Positions 62,727 to 64,000 of a stretch of DNA of 64,000 bases are shown here, piece by piece (position 1 is the first letter of the stretch; each line of letters begins with the position of its first letter). Below the pieces are notes generated by a model. It was not told where the DNA came from, did no database searches, and saw only the letters and a list, made by a program, of their open reading frames with translations. Source of the stretch: Chiloscyllium plagiosum (lineage: Eukaryota). The DNA lies in NCBI RefSeq assembly GCF_004010195.1, contig NC_057716.1, forward strand, positions 10,846,064 to 10,910,063, in the 5' to 3' direction. A program made the translations under genes and the position numbers.

Positions 62727-62855
62727 TATAAGACCATAAGACATAGGAGCGTAAGTAAGGCCATTCGGCCCATCGCATCCACTCCGCCATTCAATCATGG
62801 CTGATGGGCATTTCAACTCCACTTACCCGCATTCTCCCCGCAGCCCTTAATTCCT
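62727..62855 (-). mobile_element. short CR1/SINE 3' end
   Basis: cataagaccataagacatagg tail and ggccattcggccc...caatcatggctgat 3' UTR motif. Confidence 0.7.
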
Positions 62856-63702
62856 GTCACATAGGGTCTGTCACATAGGGAGTGATAAACTGACCAGACA
62901 GCTTCAATGGATGGTGAGAAAATGCAAGAAAGATATCCACAAAACCTCTGACTTAGATCACAGCTACTTGAGTAGTTACAAAACACTTAATTTATGTTTA
63001 GTCCAACTATTTGTTTCATTAACATTAAGTAAATCTCTCCTCCAATCTGACTGGGTTTCATAGATTTTAGCCTTTTGAAAAATGAACTAGATGCTCCGGG
63101 GCTGGATATATTGTAGGCTAAGGTAAGGCTTGGAGTATATTAACCGAGATGTATTGAGATCTTGCCAGTCATCTAAACCTTTCTTTGATTATCTTGCATG
63201 TGGTGGTGTAAAGAATAAATCTTACATTGCTATCTGCCCTAACCTCATAAGCAATGCAAACTCAGGACTGACTCAAACTATGGGTGTATTTGCCTTCCAT
63301 CTTTCAAACTTAGATGTTATGAGGAACAGAGCTTCTTTCTTCAACCCTTTAATGAAGCAAGAGTCCTGATTTGTAGGGAATTTTCATTAAATTGGTTGTC
63401 TAACTGCTAATGTTTTAGACACAATTTGTCTGGAATTTTCAAATTCGCCACCATGGAATGGACACCGAGACAGGATGTATAATGAGCTGAGGATCTGATG
63501 TCTATCGTAACCTTGTTTTTTGTATCAATTTGAACATATCTCTGAACTATTGTCTCAGTGATTCTGTCTCCAGCCCACACAATATCTTAGAAAAAGTTCC
63601 TGGAAATCCAAACACAAGGCAATTGAGAAAAACAGTAATGAATGCATGTGTATTTATTTGACCAACACATATGTCACAAAAAACATTTTTGTCAAGAGCA
63701 AT

Positions 63703-63978
63703 CTAGAAATCCCTCATTCGCCTGAAAGATCCGATAGTTGAGCTGTAGCCTCCCCAGTCACTGTATCTCCTGTATTCACCAGGTCTCATGAAGTACTGTC
63801 GCCCTCTGTAGTTGGGATGTTCATAGAAGATCCAGTAACCGTTCATCACATGGCAGGAGTGGATGTCACGGTAACGGAAACGATCATAGACAGATGGACA
63901 GTCATCCATGAATTCCATCATCTGCCCTCCAAAGTCAGGCCTCTCATAAATCCTCGTTCTGTAGGAGCCTCCTCGGTA
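63703..63978 (-). CDS. gamma-crystallin gene 7, exon 3 (rest beyond right edge)
   Basis: CAG acceptor, 276 nt [26 protein letters not shown]...[14 protein letters not shown] 63658-63653. The 3' UTR differs from genes 2-5. Confidence 0.9.
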   Translation of the reverse strand, partial: YRGGSYRTRIYERPDFGGQMMEFMDDCPSVYDRFRYRDIHSCHVMNGYWIFYEHPNYRGRQYFMRPGEYRRYSDWGGYSSTIGSFRRMRDF

Positions 63979-64000
63979 CTGCAATAGAAATAAGATCATT

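Overview
Eukaryotic (vertebrate) genomic DNA. The HE1-type SINEs, CR1/HER1 LINEs and crystallin sequences point to a cartilaginous fish, probably a shark (inference). The window is part of a tandem gamma-crystallin (beta/gamma Greek-key) gene array, all on the minus strand. It has three apparently intact 3-exon genes of 175 aa (8098-9424, 31697-33023, 41958-43249), two genes cut by the window edges (911-1252; 63703-63978), two pseudogenes (15871-16848; 55125-55475), an inverted exon-2/intron-2 fragment (28284-28607) and a decayed exon-3 relic (~48644-48725). Every visible first intron has a non-canonical GC donor. The middle of the array looks built from a repeated cassette: CR1 tail, 5'-truncated Gypsy pol, LTR, crystallin gene. 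Intergenic DNA is a deep nest of CR1, Penelope, Gypsy, solo LTR, ERV-like and SINE fossils. Non-coding highlights are minimal hammerhead ribozymes in Penelope termini, some in ~150-180 bp fold-back insertions with TSDs, and an array of ~20 B-box/T-arm hairpins in an ERV-like leader. I found no prokaryotic genes, CRISPR arrays, rRNA or real tRNA genes. Most ORF-track entries are TE debris or spurious. All coordinates were read by eye and TE boundaries are approximate.
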